The position numbers were made by a program, and so were the translations under genes. This document shows positions 63,970-64,000 of a stretch of DNA of 64,000 nucleotides, one piece after another. The stretch is from Octopus vulgaris (taxonomy: Eukaryota). A model generated the notes under the pieces. That model saw nothing but the letters and a program-made list of their open reading frames with translations. It was not told where the DNA came from and did not search any database. Each line of letters starts with the position of its first letter. The first letter of the stretch is position 1. The stretch lies in assembly GCA_951406725.2 (NCBI GenBank), contig OX597817.1, positions 74,648,001 to 74,712,000 of the forward strand, written 5' to 3'.

Positions 63970-64000
63970 GAGGCACAATGGCCCAGTGGTTAGGGCAGCG

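Noticed and set aside
63968-64000. tRNA gene (similar heads near 47150, 59560, 60210, 60400)
   Set aside because: A/B-box-like heads without a complete cloverleaf; consistent with SINE 5' ends (this one is cut by the window edge)

Overview
AT-rich eukaryotic (metazoan) genomic DNA. The tRNA-derived SINE/MITE repertoire and microsatellite load resemble octopus (coleoid cephalopod) DNA; this assignment is an inference. About 0.6-43.2 kb holds the 5' two-thirds of CNOT1 (CCR4-NOT scaffold) on the minus strand. I traced 35 GT-AG coding exons that splice into one continuous frame of 4749 nt (1583 aa) starting [10 protein letters not shown], and the gene continues off the left edge. Its introns contain a full-length, young-looking piggyBac transposon (7497-10110; TTAA TSDs, 14-bp TIRs, DDD transposase frameshifted in its C-terminal Cys-rich domain), piggyBac and hAT MITEs, a non-autonomous Helitron, a decayed RTE LINE, many SINEs and a diverged partial copy of one CNOT1 exon. 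Upstream (43.6-64 kb) is mostly mobile-element debris: mariner and Tc1 remnants, a degenerate Rep/Pif1 Helitron (50875-55203), a 5'-truncated RTE LINE, SINEs and tandem repeats, and possibly the last exon of a neighbouring minus-strand gene. Most short ORFs in the track are spurious. No new biological system can be established from sequence alone. The best leads are the sense-oriented piggyBac next to a CNOT1 exon, the intronic exon copy, uORF and poison-acceptor candidates, and inverted repeats that could form dsRNA.
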